A stretch of DNA of 64,000 nucleotides from Obrimoposthia wandeli (Eukaryota): contig CDROCS010000279.1 in NCBI GenBank assembly GCA_977020255.1, forward strand, positions 62,001-126,000, written 5' to 3'. The translations under genes were made by a program, and so were the position numbers. Positions 9,626 through 23,620 of the stretch are shown here, piece by piece (the stretch's first letter is position 1; each line of letters starts with the position of its first letter). A model generated the notes under the pieces. It made no database searches and was not told the DNA's origin. It worked only from the letters and a program-made list of their open reading frames with translations.

Positions 9626-10546
9626 AATTTAAGATCCTTCTCGATCTGTACAACAATTTGCTGTCGGATATAAGTATATGTAACTATGTTGAAAATTTCA
9701 AAAAATCAGACGAAGACTTTACTTTTAAGAAAATGTTACGAAGAAAAACAGAAAACAAAAAGCACTTTTGAGTAATAAATTATATATTTTTGGATATATG
9801 CGCCATAATAAATATATTTTATTATTTTGTCTTTGTTCAGGTCGGGTTTGTTCGATGCCGTCCACTTTTATTGAGTATTTTCCTAGTATAAGTTGCTTTT
9901 ACATACAACTGTAAAGGTCAGAAGTTACTGTAGATAGACCTAAATGTCACAGAAAGTCTAACGACGTCTCCAAATCGAATCTGAATGTCTGTGGAATCGC
10001 AAATTAAATTTCGACTGTGTCAACAAGATTACACGTCAGACCGTCGTTGAGTCAATATCAGAATGTTTGAAATGACAACACAGGCCTCGTCTTATCTGAA
10101 GCGGGCTTATTTGCACGATGAGTCTAATGTATCCATTTACCATATGGTTAGTAGATGAAAACGGTGCCAAAATCCTCTTGCTCAAATGGTCTAAATCCCG
10201 TGAACTCATAATTACTTCAAGACTCTAAATTGCATTTAGTTCCCAATAATTGCTGCGCAAATTTAATTTCCATCCTTCTTTTCCCCGAGCAATTATGGCT
10301 GTTTAAACTCTGAATTACATAATTTAATTAAAATTCACTAATTTGATTTTTTTTTGAAAAATTGTTTTAGAAAAAACTACTTTAACATGAAATTGAGAAG
10401 CTCTACTGAGAAATGTCTGGTAGTAAAGTTATCAGTTTTGTAATTAACAGATAAAACAACATTTTAGAAAGGGTTTTAAACTTTTTAAAATGTAAGAATT
10501 TGTCATTATTGCCATGAAAGATTTATTTAAGAAGAAAAAACCAAAC

Positions 10547-11700
10547 AGTAGTTGGATATGTACGGTCTAATCCACCCTCCTCCTCCCCATTCTAGGCGAT
10601 ATGTGAGGGAGGGTAGTCATGTGTCTTATAAATATGTACATGTGTGTCTGGAGTGAAAATTCGCGTTGTGAGTATGATTTTAAAATTAAAGATAGTCTAT
10701 TTTTCTTGAACAATTGTAAAAATTTATTAACAGAAAGATTAAATATAAAACACCATATTAGCTTCATTTAAAGTTCAACGACGGTGCATATATAATTGGC
10801 AGGAACATGATTCGTATCGAAATATTTAATGCATCTCCTTCTAAATAAGTATCAAATACATAACCAAAGTCATATTTTAAAGCAAGATAGGGAACCACTT
10901 GAATCTTAAAAGAATTTCTTTAAAAAAGATAATCAAGCATAAAAAGTTCTAAAATATCTTTGAACTAATCAATATCAAAATTTCTTAAAATCCCCATTAA
11001 ATATTAATTTCAACTTTTGATATTTTCACGGATTTTCGAGATATTAAAATTTTGTATATAACTCAGAAAAAAATTCATTCTAAAAAAATAAAGAAAATTG
11101 ATTAAATACATATTTTTATAACAATTATATTTAAACAAGACACAAATATTATGAAACAAAATATAAAGAGATAAAAAATTAAAATTGATTACAATTTATT
11201 ACTTGAATAAAGTCAATACATACATATATACAATTTGAAAAAACATTAAACAATTAAATATAAAGTAAAAGTAAAATATATAGAAAGGAAAAATAGTCAA
11301 AACGTAGAGTTATGATTTCAAATTATAATTTATGTAGCTTTATTCAAAATTTCATTCTTCTAGCAACCATGAAGTCAACGTGTTACAGTCCAATGCATCT
11401 TTTTTAAAAACGCTTCAATATCATTTTTCTTCTCTATTTATCTAAAATTCTGAATATTATCTTTGAATATAAAATTCGTTTTTATCAAATTAAAAATTTT
11501 GGAACGGTTTTTTCAACTCTTTTTAAGATACAGAAAATCTGGCTTTTGAATATAACAGCTAAACGTTCTTATATCAACTGTCACAAGATTTACCAAAGCA
11601 ATTAGTTGAGCTTTCTTCAAGAACATCATTTTGTATTTGAAATATAATCCGGTTCGAGTTGTCTCTCCTTTAAAAGTACCCATGGCGCCATTTAAGTTGG
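10547..11700 (+). mobile_element. Diverged Maverick copy D (TIR plus decayed ORF134 and ORF158 homologues); right boundary unclear, may reach ~12800
   Basis: Starts AGTAGTTGGATATGTACGGTCTAATCCACCC (cf. AGTAGGTGGATGTGTCCGGTCTAATCC) and has CATGTGTGTCTGGAGTGAAA. The minus strand gives DID*FKDILELFMLDY...KYDFGYVFDTYLEGDALNISIR (ORF134-like) and YFKYKMMFLKKAQLIALVNLVTV...IQKPDFLYLK (ORF158-like). Same order as copies B and C. Confidence 0.8.
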
Positions 11701-12874
11701 ATTTTCGAAATAAATAAATTTTAAAAATGATTAAAATAAATAATTCACACTCATTCGTAGCCTTTATTATTCTTGCGTGTCTCACAGGTGTCAGAAACCT
11801 TTGAAAAACTGGTTCCGGCAGCAACATCAGATGATGGCGTAAGTTCGTCTCAGTCATCAGTGAAAAACCACTCGTTTTCATCTAACTCGATTCCTTTTAG
11901 CGGACTGTTCACAGCTTGCAGAAAGATCCGGAGTATATGGCATGATACAATCGCAATCGTCAAGAAAAGGAGTCAAATCCGTTTCCTTATTAAACTTGGT
12001 CAAAACGCTGTCGTTTGGGGGAAGAGCCATTCCAATCCTCAATGAAATGAGTCAAGTCCTTCTACTTCTCCTCGGGGGTTTCTGTTTCTTTTTCGGTACA
12101 AAAGTGATGGCATCTTTAGCCTTGTCGGCTTCGCAGTCACTTTTCTAAGTTTTATACAATGCAAACGCGTGAGATTTGCTTGCAGATGTTTTGATTGCTT
12201 AATTATTTCATTTACAAACCCTTCAGAAATATATTCCAATTGAAGAAAAGTGAACAACACCAGAATTGAATTCAAGATCCTGCATATTATCAAAAAATGT
12301 ATTCATTCATTGAAAATGTGATTGATTAGACAAAAATCCGAATGTTTAATAGATATCGTAAAGATATTCAATGAAAAATTATGATTTATTATTTTTGGAT
12401 CAGTTTAAAGGTTACATCAAGGTTGTTAAGGTTGCAAAAAGATTCAGGGAACAATATGAATTTCTTCTTGATATAAAACTGAGTATGGATTCTGAAGCTA
12501 ACATTATTGTTAAAAGTATTAATTTCGAATAAGAATAATAAGTACAATCAGAAAATATTCATCATATGTTACTTCTAGACGACCTTTGCAATTATATATA
12601 AACAGATATATATACAGATATATAAACAGAATTATTTGCAAAAAAATAAAAGAGATACATTTGCATAAACCTCTAGAAATAAAAATTCTAGGAAAAGTCC
12701 ATAATATAATACTGACAATCCAAAAATTTAAATCGAAGAAAGAAGATAATTTTCCCGGTGAATACATACTAGCTTTAAAGCAGTTTACTATAAGCAGTGA
12801 GAAAGTGTAATAATGTTAAAGAATTCAGGAGATTCGACTCAAGGCAGGATTCTTAAGAAAATAAGTCAGTTACC

Positions 12875-13439
12875 TATTCAAAGTTGCTGATTTGGGGAGC
12901 GTATTTGAATAATAATTCACATAATTACCGATAAATTGACGCTGTATTGAAGATGTTCCTGTTTAGAAGAGGCTGCAGTTAACTACTCAAAGTTGCTGAT
13001 TTGGGGAGCGTCTTTGAATAATAATTCCCACAATTATCGATAAATTGGCGCTGTATTAAAGATGTTCTTGTTTAGAAGAGGCTGCAGTTAACTACTCAAA
13101 GTTGCTGATTTGGGGAGCGTCTTTGAATAATAATTCCCACAATTATCGATAAATTGGCTCTGTAATGAAGATGTTCCTGTTTAGAAGAGGCTGCAGTTAA
13201 CTACTCAAAGTTGCTGATTTGGGGAGCGTCTTTGAATAATAATTCCCACAATTATCGATAAATTGGCGCTGTATTAAAGATGTTCTTGTTTAGAAGAGGC
13301 TGCAGTTAACTACTCAAAGTTGCTGATTTGGGGAGCGTCTTTGAATAATAATTCCCACAATTATCGATAAATTGGCTCTGTAATGAAGATGTTCCTGTTT
13401 AGAAGACGCTGCAGTTAACTACTCAAAGTTGCCGATTTG
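12875..13439 (+). repeat. 109-bp tandem array, about 5.2 units, with A/B alternation (218-bp higher-order unit)
   Basis: Units start at 12875, 12984, 13093, 13202, 13311, 13420. Units 2 and 4 have GGCGCTGTATTAAAGATGTTCTTG; units 3 and 5 have GGCTCTGTAATGAAGATGTTCCTG. Confidence 0.95.
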
Positions 13440-16400
13440 TAGATAAAATGTCCTGCTAAATAACATTCTTAAGTGAATCCAAATATTTATTGATTGTATT
13501 TTTTATTTAAATTTTTTTTAAAATAACTGTCTAAGCCCCCTTTCGTCTTTAATCTTTGGCTTTGCCACCACTGATTAACAATCCATAAAAAATTGATTGG
13601 TAATAATTACATTAATATTTGCACAATGAACCATTTTCCTCCATTCTCCATTGCTGATTTGCGGAGTAAAAAAGTCGAATAAAAATATTATACCTTTTTC
13701 TAGAAATTGACATGTTTAATAAATGGTATATGAAGCAAATAAATGATAAATTAGGTTACATTATTGTTTCAATCTAAATTTATCTATCTCTGAAATAATA
13801 TCCACTTCCTCGAAAGGTGTCCCGGAAACCTTTATAGTGATAAATAGCAATCAGTAGGAATATGCTAATTAAGGAAATGCCGTCTAATAATGTGGATATA
13901 ATGCTCGTCAAGATAAATCAATACAAATAAATTCGCTCAAATGGTTAAATAATTAGGATTTCAATGATTACTTACTAATTGACTTGCTAGCAAATCTTTG
14001 TCAGTTTCTAATTAGCTTTACTACGTACACAACTCGATTTGGTTCTACTCAAAGCTGCTATCATCAATGAAGTGGCTATTTCATCGTCTCTAGAAGACTC
14101 CTATCTCGCTCCAGTGAAATATTTTACTTCAAAAGTCGGGTTCGTCTCGGTTAAAGTTTGAAATGGGTTGAAATGTCTATTCGATAACAGAGGTAGGCAA
14201 TTTTCTTAATTTCTATTTATTTATTTCCGTTTTCAAATTGTTGCAATCTCAAATTTAGCTTAATTCAATGTAGTAAAAGTTTGGAATTTATTTATAATAA
14301 TACATTTGTTTGTTATTTTATTTTTTCGTTCGGATTTGAACCTGGATTTTTATTTTAACTTACCTTTTAGTGTAGAAAATTATTGATCACGAACTAAATT
14401 CCTAGACTGAATAAAGATTGACTAAAGATGAATTATGTGATTAATTCAAATATAATTTAATTTCTAAATTTAATGAAATGCTTTATATTTTATTAGTATG
14501 GCTTTTATCATATAAACTGTTTCTTATTAATCCTGGTTGTGGCTTCTCTTTCAAAATTGTGTCTATTCAGGAATAAGTTGGGTTGATTAGCTTAATTAAA
14601 TGAATTAATTACACACTCCCAAATTTTATCCTTTTTCAGAGCTTCATTTTATCATAATGTTCGATTCGTATTTTTTTCAAGTTCATACTTCATTAATATC
14701 CATGAAGAATTTTCTGAAAAATTACTGGTCAGAGACTTATTTCTAAATTAGCTTTAACATAATAAATTAGATTACTTTTATTATTTTAATAAACTTAGAT
14801 AATAATAATTTGTGATTTATTACTTTTAGTTGCTGTAGCTCAACAAAGTTTTAACGCGTTCAGCAACAACTGAATTTTTGTAGATTTGACAGTCTGACAC
14901 CACATCGAAATATGAGAGTAATATTTAATAAATAAAGGTTTGAAGTTGTCAATAAATTATGAAGAATTTGAAGCAGGTTCCAAGGCATTGCATAGCTTAT
15001 GCTGAGAAGATGTTGAGTGGATAATTGATGATCTCAGAGTTTATTATGCTACTCTCTTCCGAGGAAAGGAGACAACTCCCTCCCTCGTGATCAGTTTCCC
15101 ATTCGGCGCTATCACTAAGTTCCTATCAGAAGAGCAATTAACTGGGATTTTATCAAGTGATGGAGCTTCTGAATTCGGTTCTTGTTAACACAGACGATCA
15201 AATCATTTATCCATCTTTCTCTTGTATTCGCCTGAAGAATAAAACTCCACCATCACCATTGGCTGCAAAGTAATCGTTACATTCTATTGTTGCTGCATGG
15301 GCATTTCTATTATATACATTTGTGAGGCCCAAAGAAAGAATAGTTGCAAAATGTTTACTTTTTTTACATAATTGAAATTTTTTTATATAAATTTCGTGGA
15401 TTTTTATTGTGAAATATTTAAAACACTAAAAATTTAAAGATTATAAACCTTACCTAAAAATGTATGATTGATTTTATTGACTTAGTTAAGATATTTCAAG
15501 AAATTATCAATATAACTTTCGTAGATTTATCTAATATTAAACCAAAAAAGGATATAAATCATGAGGTAGCTCAGAAAACTTTAGATTTGAAGGGAAAATA
15601 AAGTTAGTAAGAAGAGTTCAAAACAAAGGCGTTTTGAATATATGGAAATAAAATTAACACATACATAATTTTTCGAATTAGTTGAAGCAATCATAATTTC
15701 TTTTCCAACTATATAGCTCGTAGAAACAGGATAGCATGGTAGAATATGAAGTCACAATTAAACCAACAAAATGGATATAAATGAGCAAGACTTTACAAGG
15801 TTATTAGTATTGACTATTCGTTTTTTTGCAATTTTTGTGCGAATTTTTTATAAAAGTTTTTTGTGGCATTTACACGAACAAGGTTACATGCATCAAAAAA
15901 TCTCAAAATTAAATACACAATATTACAACAATCATAAAATAAAAATAACACGACATTAATCATAGTCATAATAATATGGAAGTTGTTTAAATCTAATAGT
16001 TCAGCATCCGTTGAGTCTAATGAGGCAAAGTCGGGATTGTTCCATGACACATGGCATCTAATAGATAAAATTCCACTGACCTATCATCACTCTAAATACA
16101 TTAAACATATTCATTTAAAGATGAATATAAAATTTTAATTCAATATAATTTGATTTGGAAAATTAAACTGCTTAAACCTCGAGTCCTATCCAAATATCGA
16201 CGTATGTATTTGTGTTTTATTTGAATAAACTTAGATATCAATGCTGTAGTGCGTTAATAAGTATTGACAGGGCATTGGGCACCGACTTAGTTCTAAATTA
16301 TTTAGAAGAAACATAACGTCTTACGCCATGAGTTTAAATCCAAAAATCATCTTACGTTTTTTCATTTTACATTAATGAAATGAATATTAAAAATAAGGTT

Positions 16401-16523
16401 TATTTCTCTTTCACATAATAAATTCATTTCTCACCAAACTATCGGCCTTACTAACATAAAAGCTTTGCCCTTGATAATGTGTATGCTCCTAAAATGACTG
16501 GAACGACCTTGACCATGATGTAG

Positions 16524-16724
16524 GTGAGCGCCTTCACGCATGTGGCGATCTCTATTGACCGATGTATCGTGGTTTTCCGGCCGATGCGACCACGAATCCG
16601 TCTTCGATCAGCCGCATTTATCCTCGTCTCGATCTGGGTCTTCGCTGTGATTGCAGTAGCCCCCGTACCGGCTGTGAGCAGCATCCACGCTGGGCCACCG
16701 CCAGACAATCTCTCCTACTGTCAG
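16524..16724 (+). CDS. Neuropeptide GPCR (RYamide/NPY-receptor-like), internal exon: TM3-ICL2-TM4-ECL2
   Basis: AG|VSAFTHVAISIDRCIVVFRPMRPR...SIWVFAVIAVAP...SYCQ|GTAGGT; 201 nt, phase 0, GC-rich. Confidence 0.9.
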
Positions 16725-17099
16725 GTAGGTCTCTCTTGGAGAAGAAGTCTCGAAATTGCAGACTTCTTCAGCACCATCTTCAGCCTTTCCTGTAGCCCTT
16801 CACGAAGCCTTTTTCTTCTGCTGTGAATTTCTTATGACTGACAGCGGCGGACAAATAAAGGATCAGTCCTTAATTTCGATTCATTGTCTATTTTATTAGT
16901 TGCTATTCAGATACTCATCAATTAACTTAGTTACATGCAACTATTATTATTGATACACTTTTATATGTAATTAACTTAATATAAATGTTGAAGAAATAAA
17001 TGAATCCATTTGATAAGGTTATATACTTAAATGACTTGAAATAGAACAAATCTGAAATAAACAGAAAAACTGGCATTAGTCAAAGTCCAATAATGAAAA

Positions 17100-17570
17100 C
17101 GAACTTTACGGTATAAACTATTGGAAGGATCTGGTAGTCCTAAAGTAACCAGAAAAAGAACCGATGGTCAAATAATTCGTCCCGTTGTATGAAATAGAAT
17201 TATCCCACTTATGAATTAAAAATATTTTAAAATTTTGTCTGGTATACCAACCAGAACTCTTAGACGACGTATAAATTATGCTGATTTATAAGTCGAAAAT
17301 CGCAAATCTAAAATTTATTTTACAGATCTTTAAAATATGCCCAGTTTAGATTTCTGGAGAAAATATTTTATGAAGAAATGACAGTGGTCAAGAGTGGTTA
17401 GGACAGATGGAGAATCTGTTCAACTATGGTGTCAAGATGGAAGAATCAAGATTTGGTTGTGGTCAGGAGATTTATTTATAACCAGAGGTATACTGATTAA
17501 TCAAATTAATTTAACCCAGAAAATATGAATTCTGAGATGTATATAAAAGTTCTTGAGAGTGATGTAACTG
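17100..17570 (+). pseudogene. Tc1-like transposase relic (N-terminal half)
   Basis: GSGSPKVTRKRTDGQIIR, TRTLRRRI, LDFWRKY...WSRVVRTD, NMNSEMYIKVL, with stops and frameshifts. Confidence 0.55.
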
Positions 17571-18151
17571 ACATTCCATCTATAAAAATGCTTAAACTCA
17601 CATAGCAGTAATGTCACAAACTATTACAAGCGGATGATGGGACAGTCCCCAGATATAAATCTGAATGAATGTACGGTATATCGTGATAAAATGGAAAAGG
17701 CAGGAATCAAACTCTTTTACAAGCACGGGAAAAACAGTAACAGAGAGAGTTGCTCCTTATAGTAAGTAGGTAAACACTTTAGACTTATCGATATTTTTAC
17801 AGTTAAAATTGTAAGATACTGTAAAATAAGCAACGTATAAAATAGACACAGTCAGTCATATCAAAAAAGATTTATTGAATGAGAAAAAACCTTCCTACTG
17901 ACACATGCAATTATTACACCAAGACTACATTTTCAAAATTCTTTTTTGATTGATATTCAGCTTATCAAAGAAATCAATTACGAAAATCTTTAAACAAATC
18001 CCCAAATCTTTCGAGCCACGTTTTGAGTTATAAATCATAGTTGAGCTCTTGATTTTGCTTAGATAAATTCAGAAACCTCTACTGGGAAAATGCTAATAAT
18101 GACTGACTCGTATCGGACAGGGGAACATGAATGCCTATTCTTCTCGTGCAG

Positions 18152-18385
18152 GAGGACTGGAGCGTCATCATCCGACACTGGCACAACAACGCCAGCACCA
18201 TCGCACTCGATGCGCGACACTACAGCATCGGCTACACCGTATTTTTGCTGGTGCTGCAGTACTTCCTGCCCCTCTGCGTGATCGTATCCACCTACTCGGC
18301 GGTGGCTCTACGCATCTGGCTGCGCAAGACTCCTGGAGAAGTCGACCTCAAGCGCGACCAGCGCATCGCCAAGTCCAAGCGGAAG
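18152..18385 (+). CDS. Neuropeptide GPCR internal exon: ECL2-TM5-ICL3
   Basis: TGCAG|EDW...YTVFLLVLQYFLPLCVIVSTYSAVALRIWLRKTPGEVDLKRDQRIAKSKRK|GT; 234 nt, phase 0. Joins the previous exon as C-Q-E-D-W. Confidence 0.92.
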
Positions 18386-20945
18386 GTTCGTCACAGGGAA
18401 ATAATAAACGAAGCTCCACTTCGAAGATAAACCTGAGATTGAATCATATTCTGAAGGAAAAAAACGCTTTTACATTCTAGGCTTGATACGGTTAGAATTG
18501 TTAACAAAAATTAAAAAAAGGAAGAACAAATAATTTTGTGTTTACAGACAGTTAACGAGGCTGTAGGTGATGAAGCTAGAGAGGACGGAGGTTGAATTAT
18601 TGCTGCGGTTTTCACTGTTTCGAACTGAAGGCAACAGCTCATGTCGCAGATTAGTAGAGCGTACCGACAATGAAAGTAGTAAATTTGACCAATGAAAACA
18701 ACCTAGATGTAAATATTGAAGAACGGAGATAAACCATCAAATATAAACAAAAACATGTGCGGAGTGGATGGTAACAAATCACAATAGCGTAGAAGATAAT
18801 TTATTAAGCTTACAAGATAACCTTCTCAACTGATAATCACAGACACAAATGAAATGAGCACAATTTAAATAATTAAACAAGTGACGTTGCGTAAGGATAT
18901 CCACATCTTTGTGTTTAGTGACAAAAAAGTAAACGGAAAATGTACTTGGGATAGATAAGTCTGCTAGTGGGTTCGATAAAAACAAAACAATAACATATCC
19001 CAATAACTTGCTGTCATATTACAAATGTGCGAATGACTGAACTCCTTTTGATAATTGGCTATTGGATTTCACCAAGAATGGTCATTAGTCACTAGTCATT
19101 GTTTATGAAAAATTGTCTGATTTAGAACGTTTTTGTTACCCCGAAATGTACAATGTTTACAAAACTCAATTTTATTGCTGATGATATCCGAATTGCAAAG
19201 GAAATTACATCATTAAACTCAACTTTTTATATTAATCGTTCTTAGAAGAAGCTAGAAAAGACTAATGAAGCGTTTTCTACACTCTGTAATCTCAAATCAC
19301 ACGAATGTCATAGCGACGTTGTTGAAGTAACAGACGATGATCTTATTAAAATGAATTATGCAATGGATCCAAATGTCTCTGCTGATATTGACTTAGATAA
19401 TTATTTTGTTAGCAAAGTTTTAAATATTTTACTTGTGAAAATGGTCTTATTGTTTCATTAAATATTTTGAATGATGAAAATATTCAATTTCAAATGAAAA
19501 AAAATGAAACAAAATAAAAAACTAAATTATACATATATTTTAATATATATTATCTGAATTATTGGATTCGTTATTTTGTTATTCCTCTTTTTAAATTACG
19601 ATCTTTTCCCAAGGACTGATTGAACTAAGAAACAAATGATGAAAACTTGACACGTTTTTGACAAGTATAGGAAAATAATTTCAAATTAAACAGTTGTTTA
19701 AAAATTATCCTTTAAGGAATATTTTTCATTTCTTTTTATAATTTACACAATTGAACGAACCAAATATATTCGATCTACTAAAATTTACTTCGAATTAACA
19801 TTTAATTTAGTTTGTTATTACTTAGGCTACCCAAGTTAAATAAAGTTAATATAGTTAAATATATTAAATTAAATTATGTTAACTTTTTTCAATACATATT
19901 TTGTTATTTTGCTTATTTTTTTTTGCAATTTACAGTTAAAACACTTTATTTTTAATATTTTTTTCAATATTGTAAATTTAATGGAACTTTAATGTCTTAA
20001 TCTCCTAGGTCAAATTAATGATATTATTACCGAATTTAGAGATGACTTTTATAAAGGATACAGGGATATGTTATTTTATATCATAGGTATGTAATTTTAA
20101 TGTTAAGTACAGTAAGATACATTGTAGAGATATACACCGTGAATTGAAGAGATATTTTGAAAAGACAAATTGAAGCTCTCATTGTAGAGCTGATATTCCA
20201 TTATAGCAATTGTACTCGTATTTGTAGAATCAATTTATGTAAATATACTGTCTGAATCCTCATCTAGACGACATATTGACGTAAAGTGTTAACACCTGAC
20301 GGAAATGTTTAAGCAGATAGTGTAGAAAAATACGTGATGTTGTATTATAACAATACAAAATAAAATTGTTAATATAACTGTTTTTAATTTAGTTTTTTTA
20401 ATATTTTTGATAATGCTTGAATGATCGTTAAATAACATTTTTAGGTTAGGTTAAATTTGGATAGCCCTAGTTACCACAGGTAATCAAGGTTAAAACTTAT
20501 AATTCATATAATTGAAATGAACAAACAAAGTGAGTAGAGATGTTTACTAAATAATTTAAAATTAGATAATAAGAACAATATAAAAATGTACCGATAATTT
20601 TAATATTTATATGCTTAATATTTCGAATCGAACTGTGATTATAATTATCAGTTGAAAAAGTTGCTTTGTCAGAGAGATTATCTTATGATGATTATCTATA
20701 ATTTAAATTTTAAGGAATAATTTAATAATATTTTGGATATTATTATTGTTCATCTTTATATATTTCCATGTTTTTATACGTGTATTTTGAAATAGATTAA
20801 TTTTGTGTCATTTAATATTGATATTCTGAAATCTAACAAATCCGTAGATAGATTAATTTAGTATTTAAATATTGTGCATAAGTTAAAACCACGACACCCA
20901 AGTCACATGAAGAAATAGATGTGCTATTAAAAGAAATCTTCGAAT

Positions 20946-21886
20946 ATGATGAAAGAAAAGAATTTTAGGGAATTTGCTGCTTTGAGCAAAACGCTTCAAA
21001 AAAGATGCCTAACTCCACTTGATGCATTTAATTTTGTACATGCGAAAATTAACAAAATAAGACAGAGATATCTTGGAGAAACTGTATTTTGGGGAGAAAA
21101 TGTGGATGATTTATTATCTAAAAACTCTAATAAAGAAGATATTGTTACATCCTGTATTGAGAGCCTGCAAGATTTCATAAAAATTCTATGTAATCATATG
21201 GTCGAAAGATTCCCAGAGGATGAAGTGCAAGACTGGGCGGCATTTGACTTAGTTTCATTAAAATCCCCCTCCTATGCTTTTGGCATCACACAAACTGAAT
21301 CCCTTTGGAACAAATATCAACATTTCTTGTCAGACCGTGCTCTCATAATTGAACAATATAATGAATTTAAGTACGTAATTGCTGAAAAAATTAAGTGTGG
21401 ATCAGTGAGCTCATTTTCAGACATGGTAGATTTTGTATTTCAATATGAACAATTTTCAGAGTTGTCTAAGCTGATGGACATCGGCGGGACTTTCTTGGCC
21501 TCAAGTGTTGACTGTGAACGTGGATTCAGTTTGATGAATTCCATTAAAACCAAGCTTAGGAGTAGTTTAGGAGAAGAACATTTGGACATTCTTATGAGGA
21601 CAAAGTCCTATTTACAAGATGGCTATGATGTAGACAAGGCAAAAGTTTACAAAGCGTGGATAAGTAGGAAAGATCGACGAGAAAAGAACTAAGAAAAATG
21701 TTTTTTAAATATAAATTGGATAATGTTTATTTCTGTTATATTAAAGTATGTAGTTATATTAGTAATATTAAAAATTGGTGTCAAAAATTTTATAAAATAT
21801 AGCGCACAAAAATTTTAATTTTTTGAAAACAGCGCACAAATCTCAAGTTTTCCGCACACGAGTAAAAAGAATTAGCGGGAGCCCTG
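20946..21886 (+). mobile_element. 5'-truncated hAT transposon: transposase C-terminus (dimerisation domain, ZNF862-like) plus 3' TIR
   Basis: 248-aa ORF 20946-21692 with ASSVDCERGFSLMNSIKTKLRSSL...LDILMR. The 3' end ...TTAGCGGGAGCCCTG (reverse complement CAGGGCTCCCGCTAA) ends at 21886. Confidence 0.8.
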
Positions 21887-23241
21887 TGCATAACACATGT
21901 TTAGAACCACTTGTTGGATTTGCATACACAGCATACATTAATTCGATTTTATTTAAGTTTAATATTTACTATATTGGAAATATCCACAAAGAGCGGCTTT
22001 TGCAGCCGTATAATGGCAATTTGCAAGGACTAATGAAGGAGACAAATTATCCATATTCCAACTCCAACTAAACGTACGATTTAAGATGGGTATCTAAAAA
22101 TTAAGGACTTTATAAAGTTATATAACCCAATTGACTTGTCAGATAATAATACAAATATTTTGGAGCTATTTTAATGCACACAGCCTCATTCTCGGCTCTT
22201 CACCGAAAGTATATTTAGAAACTTTACGATATCCCCCGCTCTCGTTGTTTACCCATTCGGCTGTGACGCTGAGATACCCCGGTGAATGCATTTGTTGATT
22301 CTGAAGCCGGTTCTGCGTCTCCCCATTGATTGGGACAATATTGACACAGGGATCAGTTAGAAGACCAATGATGGCTGGCACTCTTGAACCTCCCAGTTGA
22401 AGAAGCATTGCTGGGACACACACCTCTTTGCACTTTTCAAGTGCTTAACCATTCGCCGAGAATTCAATAATTCGATTTCAAACAGTTTAGTAATTGAAAA
22501 AAAAAGAAAGTCTTTTTAAATAAGTGCTTTAGAAAGTTGACATTTTGTTACCAAAATATGGGACGATTTAATGTTTCTTAATAACTTGTTTATTATGAAG
22601 TTGAAGTGAATGATTTAAATATATATCTACTTATTTGAATTGGGCTAACCAGATACAACATATATATACTGTATACCCCATCACGATATTTCACCTCAGA
22701 ATATTGATAAATTAATAATCAAGCATTATTTTAATTGTAACGTTTTATCACATTTTTAAAATGTGAAGTAGTCTAATGACATATTTTATATTTCGATTGA
22801 ATTGTTACACGGATTTATCTATTGATAGAAACAAAATTCGATAGTAGTTATCTTAGGAGAAAACAGAAGAATGGATTATTGCAGGAAGAAGATTGTGTTG
22901 ACTCAGACACACCATTTGGAGATGTAGCCTTGTCATTATATGGAGTACCGCTTTTTGGCTCGATGCGGACATTCTTTCACATATCAAGTATTATATGACC
23001 TAAATGTGCCACAATATAAATTAAATATATTTAGTAAAGTAGAACAATATGATTAATAATCAAATTATATAATTTTTTCCATTTATTGAAGTAGAAATCA
23101 CATAATAATTGTCAGAAACAATGTTCAAATATCAGCTCCCTAAAAACAGAATTTTAAAAATAAACTAATTAATGTAATAAATTTATACATTATAAAATTG
23201 ATAATTTTTACATAAACTCAATTTGAAAATGAAAAAAAAAC

Positions 23242-23612
23242 GGTACTATTGGTTTATCCGGTTATCTTTTTCCATTTTTGTAATTTTCTATTTGTTGAAC
23301 ATAAACGCTTCTAAGAGCACATATAAAAAAATACAATTAAAACAATTAAAACATTACAAAAATTGTAAAAGAGACCGGACAAACCAATTGTACCCAAAAA
23401 TGTTATTAATGAAACTTTCATATCTTCAGAATTTTAAAATATCAACAAGGTCTAAATGCATTGTATACAAATCTATTAAGATATCCCCATATCCCTGCTG
23501 AAATTTTTTATTTGTTTTTATTGATTTTTGTATATGCTCTTAGAAGTGTTTATGTTTGACAAATAAAAAATTACAAAAATTGAAAAAAGAAACCGGATTA
23601 ACCATTAGTACC
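23242..23612. mobile_element. MITE/foldback element with ~85-bp TIRs
   Basis: GGTACTATTGGTTTATCCGG...CTTCTAAGAGCACATATAAAAA pairs with the reverse complement ending ...CCGGATTAACCATTAGTACC. AAAAAAC lies on both flanks (possible 7-bp TSD, low complexity). Confidence 0.75.
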
Positions 23613-23620
23613 AAAAAACA

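Noticed and set aside
16451-16826. Alternative-frame and antisense ORFs over GPCR exons (also 18090-18480 and 59277-59819)
   Set aside because: Shadows of GC-rich coding exons; the splice-consistent GPCR frame explains them.
20230-20340. RRHIDVK resembling Copia RNase H
   Set aside because: One short motif, no supporting context.
22166-22423. GC-richer 85-aa ORF
   Set aside because: No recognisable motif in any frame.
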